Part shown: positions 1-18,247 of the stretch, in pieces
How positions within the stretch are numbered: the first letter of the stretch is position 1
Layout of the letters: every line of letters starts with the position of its first letter
NCBI RefSeq assembly: GCF_009914755.1
Contig: NC_060947.1
DNA length: 64,000 nucleotides
Reading direction: 5' to 3' (one strand)
Origin: the human T2T-CHM13v2.0 reference genome, Homo sapiens
Made by a program: the position numbers and the translations under genes
Notes under the pieces: model-generated
The model's database searches: none
Seen by the model: the letters and a program-made list of their open reading frames with translations, nothing else
What the model was told of the DNA's origin: nothing

Positions 1-3070
<3,070 letters not shown>

Positions 3071-3133
3071 TATGATGTTAGCTGGTTATTTTGCTCATTA
3101 GTTGATGCAATTTCTTCCTAGCCTCAATGGTCT

Positions 3134-4147
3134 TTACAATTTGGCATGTTTTTGCAGTGGCTGGTACCAGTTGTTCCTTTCTATGTTTAGTGCTTCCTTC
3201 AGGAGCTCTGTTAGGGCAGGCCTGATGGTGACAAAATCTGTCAGCATTTGCTTGTCTGTAAAGGATTTTATTTCTCCTTCACTTATGAATGTTAGTTTGG
3301 CTGGATATGAAATTCTGGGTTGAAAATTCTTTTCTTTAAGAATGATGAATATTGGCCCCCACTCTCTTCTGGCTTGTAGAGTTTCTGCCGAGAGATCCAC
3401 TGTTATTCTGATGGGCTTCCCTTTGTGCATAACCCGACCTTTCTCTCTAGCTGCCCTTAACATTTTTTTCCTTCATTTCAACTTTGGTGAATCTGACAAT
3501 TATATCTTGGAGTTGCTCTTCTCAAGGAGCATCTTTTTGGCATTCTCTGTGTTTCCTGAATTTGAATATTGGCCTGCCTTGTTAGATTGGGGAAGTTCTC
3601 CTGGATAATGTCCTGCAGAGTGTTTTCCAACTTGGTCCCATTCTCCCCGTCACTTTCAGGTACACCAATCAGAAGTAGATTTGGTCTTTTCACATAGTCC
3701 CATATTTCTTGGTGGCTTTGTTCATTTCTTTTTGTTCTTTTTTCTCTAAACTTCTCTTCTCACTTCATTTCATTCATTTGATCTTCCATCACTGATACTC
3801 TTTCTTCCAGTTGATCGAATCAGCTACTGAGGCTTGTGGATTTGTCACACAGTTCTCATGCCATGGTTTTCAGCTCCATCAGGTCCTTTAAGGACTTCTC
3901 TGCATTTGTTATTCTAGTTAGCCATTCATCTAATTTTTTGAAGGTTTTTAACTTCTTTGCCATGGGTTCGAACTTGCTCCTTTAGCTTGGAGTAGTTTGA
4001 TCATCTGAAGCCTTCTTCTCTCAACTCATCAAAGTCGTTCTCCTTCCAGGTTTGTTCTGTTGCTGGTGAGAAGCTGTGTTCCTTTGGAGGAGGAGAGGCA
4101 CTCTGATTTTTAGAGCTTCCCGTTTTTCTGCTCTGTTTTTTCCCCAT
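3134..4147 (-). pseudogene. L1 ORF1 (RNA-binding), disrupted
   Basis: MGKKQSRKTG start at 4147, premature TGA at 4001-4003, C-terminus ...YQPLQKHAKL ending at 3134. Confidence 0.95.
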
Positions 4148-4675
4148 CTTTGTGGTTTTATCTACCTTTGGTCTTTGATGATGGTGACATACCGACAGGG
4201 TTTTGGTATGGATGTCCTTTCTGTTTGTTAGTCTTTGAGGTCCACTCCAGACCCTGTTTACCTGGGTATCCGCAGCAGAGGCTGCATAACAGCAGATATT
4301 GGTGAACAGCAAATGTTGCTGCTTGATTTTTCCTCTGGAAGTTTTGTCTCAGAGGAGTACCCGGCTGTGTGAAGTGTCAGTCTGCCACTACTGGGGGGTG
4401 CCTCCCAGTTAGGCTACTCTGGGGTCATTGACCCACGTGAGGAGACTGTCTGTCCATTCTCAGATCTCAAGCTGCATGCTGGGAGAACCACTACTCTCTT
4501 CAAAGCTGTCAGACAGGGACCTTTAAGTCTGCAGAGGTTTCTGCTGCCTTTTGTTTGGCTATGCCCTGCCCCCAGAGGTGGAGTCTACAGAGGCACGCAG
4601 GCCTCCTTGAGCTGTGGTGGGCTCCACCCAGGTTGAGCTTCCTGGCTGCTTTGTTTACCTACTCAAGCCTCAGTA

Positions 4676-4750
4676 ATGGCGGGCGCCCCTCCTCCAGCCT
4701 TGCTGCCTCCTTGCAGTTTGATCTCAGACTGCTGTTCTAGCAATGAGTGA
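4676..4750 (+). pseudogene. L1 antisense ORF0, truncated at codon 25
   Basis: ATG at 4676 gives MAGAPPPALLPPCSLISDCCSSNE*. This matches the ORF0 N-terminus MAGAPPP; the stop is CGA>TGA at 4748-4750. Confidence 0.8.
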
Positions 4751-5079
4751 GGCTCTGTGGGCATAGGACCCTCCAAGCCATGCGTGGGATATAATCTCCT
4801 GGTGTGCTGTTTGCTAAGACCATTGGAAAAACACAGTATTGGGGGGGAGTGACCCAATTTTCCAGTTGCTGTCTGTCACCCCTTTCTTTGACTAGGAAAG
4901 GGAATTCCCTGACCCCTTGAGCTTCCCAGGTGAGGTGATGCCTCACCCTGCTTTGGCTCATGCTCGGTGCACTCCACCCACTGTCCTGCACCCACTATCT
5001 GACACTCCCCAGTGAGATGAACCCAGTACCTCAGTTGGAAATGCAGAAATCACCCATATTCTGCCAGAAGTTCTTACAT

Positions 5080-5500
5080 TGTAATAATTACTTTATGTAA
5101 AAATGAATTACAGTTTATATAGAGTGAATAGATAGAAAACAAGATCAAGCTCTATGCTGTCTACCAGAGACTCATTTTTGATTTAAGTACACACTTAAGC
5201 TGAAAGTGAAAATGTAGAATAAAATATGATTGCAAATGGTATTTAAAAGGGAGCGGGGGGGCTCTATCTATATCAGACATAATAGACCTCAAGCCATAAA
5301 CTCACAAGGGCCTAAGAAGGTCATCACATAATGAAAATAGGGTTAGTTCAGCAAGGTGATATAACAATTGTAAATATATATGCATCCAATATCAAAATGT
5401 CTAGTTATATAAAGAAAAGATTGACATGTCCATAAGAAGAAATAGGCAATAAAATAAGTATAGAAGACTTTAATACCCCACTATCAACAATGGACATAGT
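5080..5500 (+). mobile_element. Old L1M (L1MA/MB-like) ORF2 endonuclease-region fragment, host of the younger L1 insertions
   Basis: tatgctgtctaccagagactca, aatatatatgcatccaa and gaagactttaataccccact resemble a diverged EN domain. Confidence 0.75.
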
Positions 5501-8500
5501 AGGCAGTTTTTCCCTAACAGTGCTAGGTCTGGGAGGTGTGGACTGGGTAGAATTAATCACAGTGCGGTGAAGCAGCTGTGGCCAGACTGCTTCTCTAGAT
5601 TCCTCCTCACTGGGCAGGGAGTCTCTTTAAGAAAGGTAACAACCCCAGTCAGGGGCTTACAGATAAACTCCCATCTCCCTGGGACAGAGCGCTTAAAAGA
5701 AGGGGAAGCTGTGGGCACAGTTTCAGAGGACTTAATCTCTCCTGCCTGCCAGCTCTGAAGAGAGCATCTAATCCTGGCAAGAGGGATTCTCCCAGCACAG
5801 TGTACCAGCTTTGCTAAGGGACAGACTGCCTCCTCAAATGGGTTCCAGATACTCATGCCTTGTGACTAGGAAAGACTTCCCAAAATGGGTCAACAGGCAC
5901 CTCATACAGGAGAGCTTCAGCTGGCATCAGGCTCGTGTCCCTCTGGGATTAAGCTTCCAGAGGAAGGAGCAGACAGCAATCTTTGCTGTTCTGAAGCCTC
6001 CACTGATGATACCCAGGCAAACTAGTTCTGGAGTGGACCTCCAGCAAACTATAGCGGACCTGCAGAAGATGGGCCTCTCTGTCAGAAGAAAAACTAACAA
6101 ACAGAAAGCAACAGCATCAACAACAACAATAAGAACCTCCACAAGAAACTCCATGCAAAGGTCTTTAGCCTCAAAGATCAAAGGTAAATAAATCCACAAA
6201 GATAAAGAAAAACCAGTGCAAAAACACTGAAAATTCCAAACACCGGAATGGCTCTTCTCCAAATGATAACAACTCCTCTCTAGCAAGGGTACAAAACTGG
6301 ATGGAGAGTGAGAGTGACAAATTGACAGAAGTAGGCTTCAGAAGGTGGGTAATAACAAACTCCTCTGAGTCAAAGAGGCATGTTCTAACCCAATGCAAGG
6401 AAGCTAAGAACAATGATAAAAGGTTACAGGCACAGATAACTAGAATAACCAGATTAGAGAAGAAAATAAATGACCTGATGGGGCTGAAAAACACAGCAAG
6501 AGAAATTCATGAAGCAGACACAAGTATCAATAGCCAAATTGTTCAAGTGGAACAAACGATATCCGAGATTGAAGATCAACTTACTGAAATAAGGCATGAA
6601 GACAGGATTGGAGAAAAAAGAATGTAAAGGAACAAATGAAGCCTCCAAGAAATGTGGGACTCTTTGAAAAGACCAAACCTACGACTGATTGTTGTACCAG
6701 AAAGTGACAGGGAGATTGGAACCAAGTTGGAAAACACACTTTGAGATATTATCCAGGAGAACTTCCACAACCTAGCAAGACAGGCCAACATTCAAATTCT
6801 GGAAATACAGAGAACACTACTAAGATTCTCCTCGAGAAGAGCAACCCCAAAACACATAATTGTCAGATTTGCCAAGTTTGAAATGAAAGAAAAAATGTTA
6901 AGTGCAGCCAGAGAGAAAAGTCAGGTTACCTACAAAGGGAAGCCCATCAGACTAACAGCAGATCTCTCTGCAGATAACTTACAAGCCAGAAAAGAGTGGG
7001 GGCCAATATTCAACATTCCAAAAGAAAAGAATTTTCAACCCAGAATTTCATATCCAGCCAAACTAAGCTTCATAAGTGAAGGAGAAATAAAATCCTTTAC
7101 AGACAAGAAAATGCTGAGGGATTTTATCATTACCAGGCCTGCCTTACAAGAGCTCCTGAAGGAAGCACTAAATATAGAAGAAAAATTCTGTACCAGCCAC
7201 TGCAAAAACACACCAAAATATAAAGACCAATGACATTATGAAGAAACTGCATCAACTAATGTGAAAATAATCATCTAGCATCATGATGACAAGATCAAAT
7301 TCATACATAAAAATATTAACCTTAAATGTAAGTGGGTTCAATGCCCCAATTAAAAGACACAGGCTGGCAAATTGCATAGTCAAGACCCATTGGTATGCTG
7401 ATTTAAGGAGACTCATCTCAAATGCAAAGACACACATAGGCTCAAAATAAAGGGATGGAGGTATATGTATATTTACCAAGCAAATGGGAGACAAAAAAAA
7501 AAAGGAAAGGTTGCAAACGTAGTCTCTGTTAAAACATACTGCAAACCAACAAAGATTTAAAAAGACAAAGAAGGCCATTACATAATGGTAAAGGCATCAA
7601 AGCAACAAGAAGAGCTAACTATTCTAAACATATATGCACCTAATACAGGAGCATCCAGATTCATAAAGCATCTTCTTAGAGACCTAGAAAGAGATTTGGA
7701 CTCCCACACAGTAATAGTGGAAGACTTTAACATCCCACTGTCAATATTAGACAGATCAATGAGACAGAAAATTAACAAGGATATTCAGGACTTGAACTCA
7801 GCTCTGGACCAATGGGACCTAATAGACATCTACAGAATTCTCCACCCCAAATCAATGGAATATACATTCTTCTCAGCACCACATAGCACTTATTCTAATA
7901 TCAACCACATAACTAGAAGTAAAACACTTCTCAGCAAATGCAAAAGAATAGAAATCATAAGAAATTGTCTCTCAGACACAGCACAATCAAATTAGAACTC
8001 AGAATTAAGAAACTCACTCAAAACTGCACTACATGGAAACTGAACAACCTGCTCCTGAATGACTACTGGGTAAATAACAAAATTAAAACTGAAATAAAGA
8101 AGTTCTTTGAAACCAGTGAGAACAAAGAGACAATGTACCAGAATCTCTGGGACACAGCTAAAGCAGTATTTAGAGGGAAATTTATAGCACTAAATGTCCA
8201 CAAGAGAAAGTGGGAAAGATCTAAAATTGACACCCTAACATCACAATTAAAAGAACTGGAGAAGCAAGAGCAAACAAATTTCAAAGCTAACAGAAAACAA
8301 AAAATAACTAAGGTCAAATCAGAACTGAAAGAGACAGAGACACAAAAAACCCTTCAAAACATCAATGAATCCAGGAGCTGGTTTTTTGAAAAGGTTAACA
8401 AATTAAAGAGAAAACTAGTCAGACTAAAAAAGAAAAAAGAGAGAATAATCAAATAGACACAGTAAAAAATGATAAAGGGGATATCACCACTGATCCCACA

Positions 8501-10415
8501 GAAATACAAACTACCATCAGAGAATACTATAAACACCTCTATGCAAATAGACTAGAAAATCTAGAAGAAATAAATAAATTCTTGGACACATACACCTTCC
8601 CAAGATGAAACTAGAAAGAAGTCGAATCCGTAAATAGATCAATAACAAGCTCTGAAATTGAGGCAGTAATTAATAGCCTACCAACCAAAAAAAGCCCAAG
8701 TCCAGATGGATTCACAGCCAAATTCTACCAGAGGTACAAAAAGGAGTTGGTACTATTTCTTCTGAAATTATTCCAAACAGTAGAAAAAGATGGACTCCTC
8801 CCTAACTCATTTTATGGGTCCAGCATCATTCTGATACTAAAACCTGACAGAGACAAAATGAAAAAAAAAAATTCAGGCGAATATCCCTGATGAACATCAA
8901 TGTGAAAATCCTCAATAAAATACTGGACTTCAAACTATACTACAATGCTATGGTAACCAAGACAGCAAGGTACTGGTAACAAAACAGAGATATAGTCCAA
9001 TGGAACAGAACAGAGACCTCAGAAATAACACCACATGTCTGCAACCATCAGATCTTTGACAAATTTGAGAAAAGGAAGCAATGGGGAAAAATTTCCTATT
9101 TAATAAGTAGTGCTGGGAAAACTGGCTAGCCATATGTAAAAAACAGAAACTGGCCCCTTTCCTTACACTTTATACAAATATTAACTCAAGATGGATTAAA
9201 GAATTAAATGTAAAACCTAAAACCGTAAAAACCCTAGAAGAAAACCTAGGCAACACCATTCGGGACATAGGCATGAGCAAAGACTTCATGACTAAAACAC
9301 CAAAAGCAACTGCAACAAAAGCCAAAATTGACAAATGGGATCAAATTAAACTAAAGGGCTTCTGCACAGCAAAAGAAACTATCATCAGAGTGAACAGGCA
9401 ACCTACAGAATGGGAGAAAATTTTTGCAATCTACCCATCTGACAAAGTTCTAATATACAGAATCTACAAGGATCTTAAACAAATTTACAAGAAAAAAAAA
9501 CAAACAACCCCATGAAAAAGAGGGCAAAGGATATCAACAGTATACATATGTAACAAACCTGCACATTGTGCACATGTACCCTAGAACTTAAAGTATAATA
9601 AAAAAAAGAAGACATTTATGCAGCCAACTAACATATGAAAAAAAAGCCATCATCACGGTCATTAGAGAAGTGCAAATCAAACCCACAATGAGATAACATC
9701 TCATGCCAGTCAGAATGGTGATCATTAAAAAGTCAGGAAAAAAATATTGGTGAGGATGTGGAGAAATAGGTACATTTTTACACTGTTGGTGTGAGTGTAA
9801 ATTAGTACGACCATTGTGGATACAGTGTGGTGATTCCTCAAGGATCTGGAACCAGAAATACTATTTGAACCAGCAATCCCATTACTGGGTATATACCTAA
9901 AGGACTATAAATCATTCTACCCTAAAGACACATGCATATTTATGTTTATTGCTGCACTCTTCACAATAGCAAAGACTTAGAATCAACCCAAATGCCTATC
10001 ACTGATAGACTGGATAAAGAAAATGTGGCACATATATACCATGGAATACTATGCAGGCATAAAAAAGGATGAGTTTGTGTCCTTTGCAGGGACATGGATG
10101 AAGCTGGAAGCCATCATTCTCAGCGAAATAACACAGGAACAGAAAACTGAACACTGCGTGTTCTCACTCATATGTGGGAGTTGAAAAATGACAACTGAAG
10201 GACACAGCTGGGGAGAACTTCACACACTGGGGTCTGATAGGAGGTAGGGGTCAAGGGGAGAGAGAGCATTAGGACAAATACCTAATGCATGTGGGACTTA
10301 AAGCCTAGATGATGGGTTGATAGGTGCAGCAAACCACCATGGCACATGTATACCTATGAAACAGACCTGTACGTTCTGCACATGTATCTCAGAACTTTAA
10401 GTAAAATAATAAAAA
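5501..10415 (+). mobile_element. LINE-1, L1PA8-like (L1PA7-8A), 5'-truncated within the 5'UTR, with a ~1 kb internal RT deletion
   Basis: 5'UTR ggccagactgcttctctagattcctcc. ORF1 remnants at about 6200-7230, ORF2 from about 7285. 3'UTR ggacaaatacctaatgcatg...cagaactttaagtaaaataataaaaa. Confidence 0.92.
9541..9607 (+). mobile_element. Tiny L1PA 3'-terminal fragment (~65 bp) inserted into the L1PA8
   Basis: tatacatatgtaacaaacctgcacattgtgcacatgtaccctagaacttaaagtataataaaaaaa interrupts the host gatatcaacag...aaaagaagac. Confidence 0.9.
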
Positions 10416-12560
10416 CAATTAGAGCAGAAACAAGTGATATAGAGAACAAAAAAACAAAAGCAAAGCAACAAAATGAAGAATTGCTTTTTGAAAAGATATT
10501 ACTAAATCCTTAGCCAAAAAGATGAAAGAATCAAATAAATCAATTGGAAATGGAAAAAGAAACATTACAGTTGATGCCACAGAAATAAAAATGATCAGAA
10601 GGAAATATTATGAACAACTATATGCAAACATATTGGACAACCTACAAGAAATGGATAAATTTCTAGAAACATACAACCTACCACGACTGAATAAAAAGAA
10701 AAGCCTAAACAGAAGAAAAAGAAATGAGATTACATTAGTAATAAAAAAACTCTCAACAACAACAACAACAACAACAAAAAGCTCAGGACCAGATGGCCCT
10801 AAAAGTGAATTCTACCAAACATTTAAAGAAGAATCAATACCAATACATCTTAATCTCTTACAAAAAATAAAAGTGGAAACACTTCCAAACTCATTTCACA
10901 GCATCAGAAAGACCTGATTCTGAAGCCAGACCATGACACCCTAGAAAATAAAACCACAGGTAAATAGTTTTGGAAATAAATATGAATGGAAAAAAATTTT
11001 AACAAAATATTAGCAAACATAATTCAACAGTTTATAAAAATAATCAATCATACACCATAAACAAAGGGAATGTATTCCTGAGATGCAAGGATGGTTCAAT
11101 GTACACAGATCAATAAAAGAGTTATACCACATTAGCAAAATGAAGGATTTAAAAATCACATCTCAATAGATGCAAAAAAAAATTTGACAAAATTCCACCC
11201 CCTTTTGTGACAAAACCTCTCAACAAATTCAGTATAGAAGGAACTTACTTCAATGCAATAAAGATCATATATGTAAAGCCCACAGCTAACATCATAATCA
11301 ATTAACAAAAATACCTATTCTTTTAAGATTTGGTATGAGGCAAGGAGGCCCACTCTCACTACTTCTTGAATAAATAGTTTAATGATAAAATGTTGAATAC
11401 ATAGTAAAAGAAATCTAGTCAGAGAAATTAGCCAAGAAAAATAAATAAAAGTTATCCAAATTAAAAAGAAAAAAAGTAAAATTATCACTATTTGCAAAGG
11501 AAATGATCTTATATTTAGAAAAACTTAGAAACTTTATCAAAAACTGTTAGAATTAATAAACAAAAACTTAACACCCAACAAACAAATTTAGTAAAGTTGC
11601 AGGATACAAAATCAACAAACAAAAATATGTGCTTCTGTACACTAACAACAAACTATACAAGAAGAAAATTTAGAAAAGTTTCATTTACAGTAGCATCAAA
11701 ATAATTATTTAATAGGAATAGATTTATTCAAGAAGGTAAACACTTGTTCACTGAATGCTATAAAACACTAAAAAAAAGTAAAATAGACACAAATAATTGA
11801 GAATATATCTCTTGTTCATAGATTTGAATAATTAATATTGTTACAATGTCTACACTACTCAAACTGATATACAGATTCTATTTCCATCAAAATTCCAATG
11901 GTATTTGTACAGAAATAGAATAAAGAATTCCAAAATTTATATGGAAACCAAAAGACCCCATGTAACCACAGCAATTTTCAGCAAGAACAAGTTGGAGGCT
12001 TTCAAATATATTGCCTTCCATGGAAATAAAAACAGTATGATACTGGTATAAAAACAGATATATAGATCAATGAAACAGAATACAGAGGCCAGAAATAAAC
12101 CCATACATGTACGGTAATCAGATCTTCAACAAATGTGCCAAGAATATACAATGGAAAAGAATAGTCTCATCAATAAATTGTGTTATAAATATTGCATGTC
12201 CACATACACAAGAATAAATTAAACAATATTTTATTTTATATATAAGCATCAACTTAAAATAGGTTAAAGGCATAGATGTAAGACAAGAAACTGTAAAACT
12301 CTAGAAGAAAACATGAAGAAAAACTTCTTGACATTGACCCTTGCAATGATTTAGATATGACACTCAAAAGCACAGGAAACAAGAATAAAAGTAAACAAAT
12401 GGAATTACATCAAAGTAAAAAGCTTCTGTACAGCAAAAGAAATAATCAACAAAATAAATAAAGCAAACTTTGGAGTGGAGAAAATACTTTAGAACTATTT
12501 TCTAATAAAGGGTTAATACATAAAAAGTATAAGAAATTCCTAGAAGAGCAAAAAACTTTT
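10416..12560 (+). mobile_element. Old L1M (L1MA/MB-like) ORF2, continuation of the 5080-5500 host
   Basis: ORF 10522-10917 YYEQLYANILDNLQEMDKFLETYNLPRL; diverged, A-rich ORF2 continues; (ACA)n at about 10755-10776. Confidence 0.85.
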
Positions 12561-12749
12561 TTTAGGGGATTATACAATTTATTTTATTTCATTTCACTTA
12601 TTATTATTATTTTTTATTTTTAATTTCCATAGATTATTGGGGAACAGGTGATGTTTGCTTACATGAGTAAGTTCTTTAGTGGTGACTCGTGAGATTTTGG
12701 TGCACCAATCACCCAAGCAGTATACACTGCACCCAATTTGCGGTCTTTT

Positions 12750-13064
<315 letters not shown>

Positions 13065-13741
13065 ACAATTTGTGGTCTTTTATCCCTCACCCCTTTCCCA
13101 CCCTTTTGCCCTGAGTCCCCAAAGTCCATTACGTAATTCTTATGCCTTTGCATCCTCATAGCTTAGCTCTCACTTATGAGTGACAACGTATGATGTTCAG
13201 TGTTTCATTCCTGAGTTACTTCACTTTCACTAATAGTCTCCAGTCTCATCCAGATCACTGCAAATGCCATTATTTTATTCCTTTTGGAGGCTGAGTAATA
13301 TTTCTTCATACATATACACCACGGTTTCTTTATCCACTCATTGATTGATGGACGTTTGGGTTGGTTTCACGTTTTTGCAATTATGAATTGTGCTGCTATA
13401 AACATGCATGTAGAAGTATCATTTTTTGTATGATGACTTCTTTTCCTCTGGGTAGATATCCAGTAGTGGGAATGCTGTATCAAATGGTAGTTCTACTTTT
13501 AGTTATTTAAGGAATCTCCACACAGTTTTCCATAGTGGTTGTACTAGTTTACATTCCCACCAGCACTGTAAATGTGTTCCCTTTTCACCACATCCATGCC
13601 AACATCTATTTTTTTTATTATAGCCATTCTTGCAGGAGTAAGGTGGTATCACATTGTGATTTTAATTTTAATTTCCCTGATTATTAGTGATGCTGAGCAT
13701 TTTTTCATATGCTTGTTGGCCATTTGTATATCTTCTTTTGA

Positions 13742-14019
<278 letters not shown>

Positions 14020-14757
14020 TGATTCTTTTTCTTTTACCTGCTAATTTGTTTGAGTTTGTTGTAGATTCTGGATATTAGTCCTTTGTCAGATGTACAATTT
14101 GTGAAGATTTTCTCCCACTCTGTTGGTTTTCTGTTTACTCTGCTTACCATTTCTTTTGATGTGCAAAAGCGCTTTAGTTTAATTAAGTCCAAGCTATTTA
14201 TCTTTGTTTTTACTGCATTTGCTTTTGGGTTCTTGGTCATGAAATCCTTGCCTAAGCCAATGTCTAGAAGGGTTTTTCCAACGTTATCTTCCAGAATTTT
14301 TATAGTTTCAGTTCCTACATTTAGGTCCTTAATCCATCTTGATTTGATTTTTGTATAAGGAGAGAGATGAGGATCCAGTTTCATTCTCCTACATGTGGCT
14401 TGCCGATTAACTCAGCACCATTGGTTGAATGGGGTATCTATTCTCCACTTTATGTTTTTGTTTGCTTTGTCAAAGACCAGTTGGCTGCAAGTATTTGGGT
14501 TTATTTCTGGGTTTTCTATTCTGTTCCATTGGTCTATTTGCTTATTTTCATACCAGTACCATGCTGTTTTAATGACTATGACCTTAGAGTATAGTTTATA
14601 ATCAGGGAATGTGATGCCTCCAGATGTATTCTTTTTGCTTAGTTTTACATTGGCTATACGGGCTTGATTTTGGTTCCATGTGAATTTTAGGATTGCTTTT
14701 TCTAGTTCTGTGAAGAATGATGGTGGTGTTTTGATGGAAGTTGTGTTGAATTTTTAG

Positions 14758-16641
<1,884 letters not shown>

Positions 16642-17146
16642 TGTGTCACAGGGGTTTGTTGTAAAGATTATTTTGTCACCTAAGGATTAAGCCTGTTAAT
16701 CCTAGTACCAGTTAGTTATTTTTTCTGACTTTCTCCCTCCTCCCACCCTTCACTCTTTGGTAGACCCCAACGTGTGTTGTTCCCCTCTATGTGTCTGTGT
16801 GCTCTCATCATTTAGCTCCCACTTGTAGGTAAGAACATGTGGTATTTGGTTTTCAGTTCCTACATTAGTTTACTAAGGATAATGATCTCCAGCTCCATCC
16901 ATGTTCTTGCAGAGGGCATCATCTCCCTTTTCATGGCTGCATAGTATTTCATGGGGAATATATACCACATTTTCTTTATCCAGACTACCATTGAAGGGCA
17001 TTTAGGTGGATCCCATGTCTTTGTTATTGTGAATATTGATGCAGAAAACTTATGTGTGCATGTGTCTTTATGATAGAATAATTTATATTTCTTTGGGTCT
17101 ATACTCGTTAGTGGGATTTTTGGGTCAAATGGTAGTTCTGTTTTTG
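16642..17146 (-). mobile_element. L1PA13-16-like 3'UTR segment, inverted relative to the preceding fragment
   Basis: gtgtcacaggggtttgttgt...gggtcaaatggtagttctgttttt. Confidence 0.85.
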
Positions 17147-17149
17147 CTA

Positions 17150-17617
<468 letters not shown>

Positions 17618-17619
17618 AA

Positions 17620-17716
17620 GCCCCTCCCTTTTTTTGGAGTCCCCAGTGTTCATTGTTCCCAACTTTAAATCTGTGTGAACCCACAATTTAGCTCCCACTT
17701 GTAAATGAGAACATGT
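17620..17716 (-). mobile_element. L1 3'UTR fragment (host of the provirus; continues at 24535-24671)
   Basis: ggagtccccagtg...ttagctcccacttgtaaatgagaacatgt resumes as acatgtaatatttggttttctg after the provirus. Confidence 0.85.
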
Positions 17717-18228
17717 TGCCAAGACCAGCTCAGTTGGGAAGACCCTAACCAAGTGGCGCTAGAGGAATTAAAGACACACACATGAAATATGGAGGTGTGA
17801 AGTGGGAAATCAGGGGTCTCATAGCCTTCAGAGCTGAGAGAGCTGAACAGAGATTTACCCACATATTTATTAACAGCAAGCCAGTCATTAGCATTGTTTC
17901 TATAGATATTCGATTAACTAAAAGTATCCCTTATGGGAAACAAAGGGATGGGCTGAATTAAAGGAATAGGTTGGGCTAGTTAACTGCAGCAGGAGCATGT
18001 CCTTAAGACACAGATCACTCATGCTATTGTTTGTGGCTTAAGAATGCCTTTAAGTGGTTTTCCACGTTGGGCGGGCCAGGTGTTCCTTGCCCTCATTCCC
18101 ATAAACCCACAAACTTCCAGCTTGGGCGTTAGGGCCATTATGAACATGTTACAGTGCTGCAGAGATTTTGCTTATGGCCAGTTTGGGGGCCAGTTTATGG
18201 CCAGATTGTGGGTGCCCTGCTCCCAACA
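17717..18228 (-). repeat. MER9 3' LTR
   Basis: The minus strand begins TGTTGGGAGCAGG...AATCTGGCCATAAACTGGCC and ends ...GGTCTTGGCA. Confidence 0.95.
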
Positions 18229-18247
18229 TGTCCCCCTTTTCTGTTTT
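18229..18247 (-). other. Polypurine tract
   Basis: Minus strand AAAACAGAAAAGGGGGACA immediately before the 3' LTR. Confidence 0.85.

Noticed and set aside
4555-4740. 61-aa plus-strand ORF as L1 ORF0
   Set aside because: Wrong frame. True ORF0 starts at 4676 (MAGAPPP) and stops after 24 codons.
8918-8932. RT deletion as an antisense splicing product (CT...AC ends nearby)
   Set aside because: The junction has one extra G relative to the predicted splice, and the element inserted in sense with poly(A). CTG microhomology is the simpler explanation.
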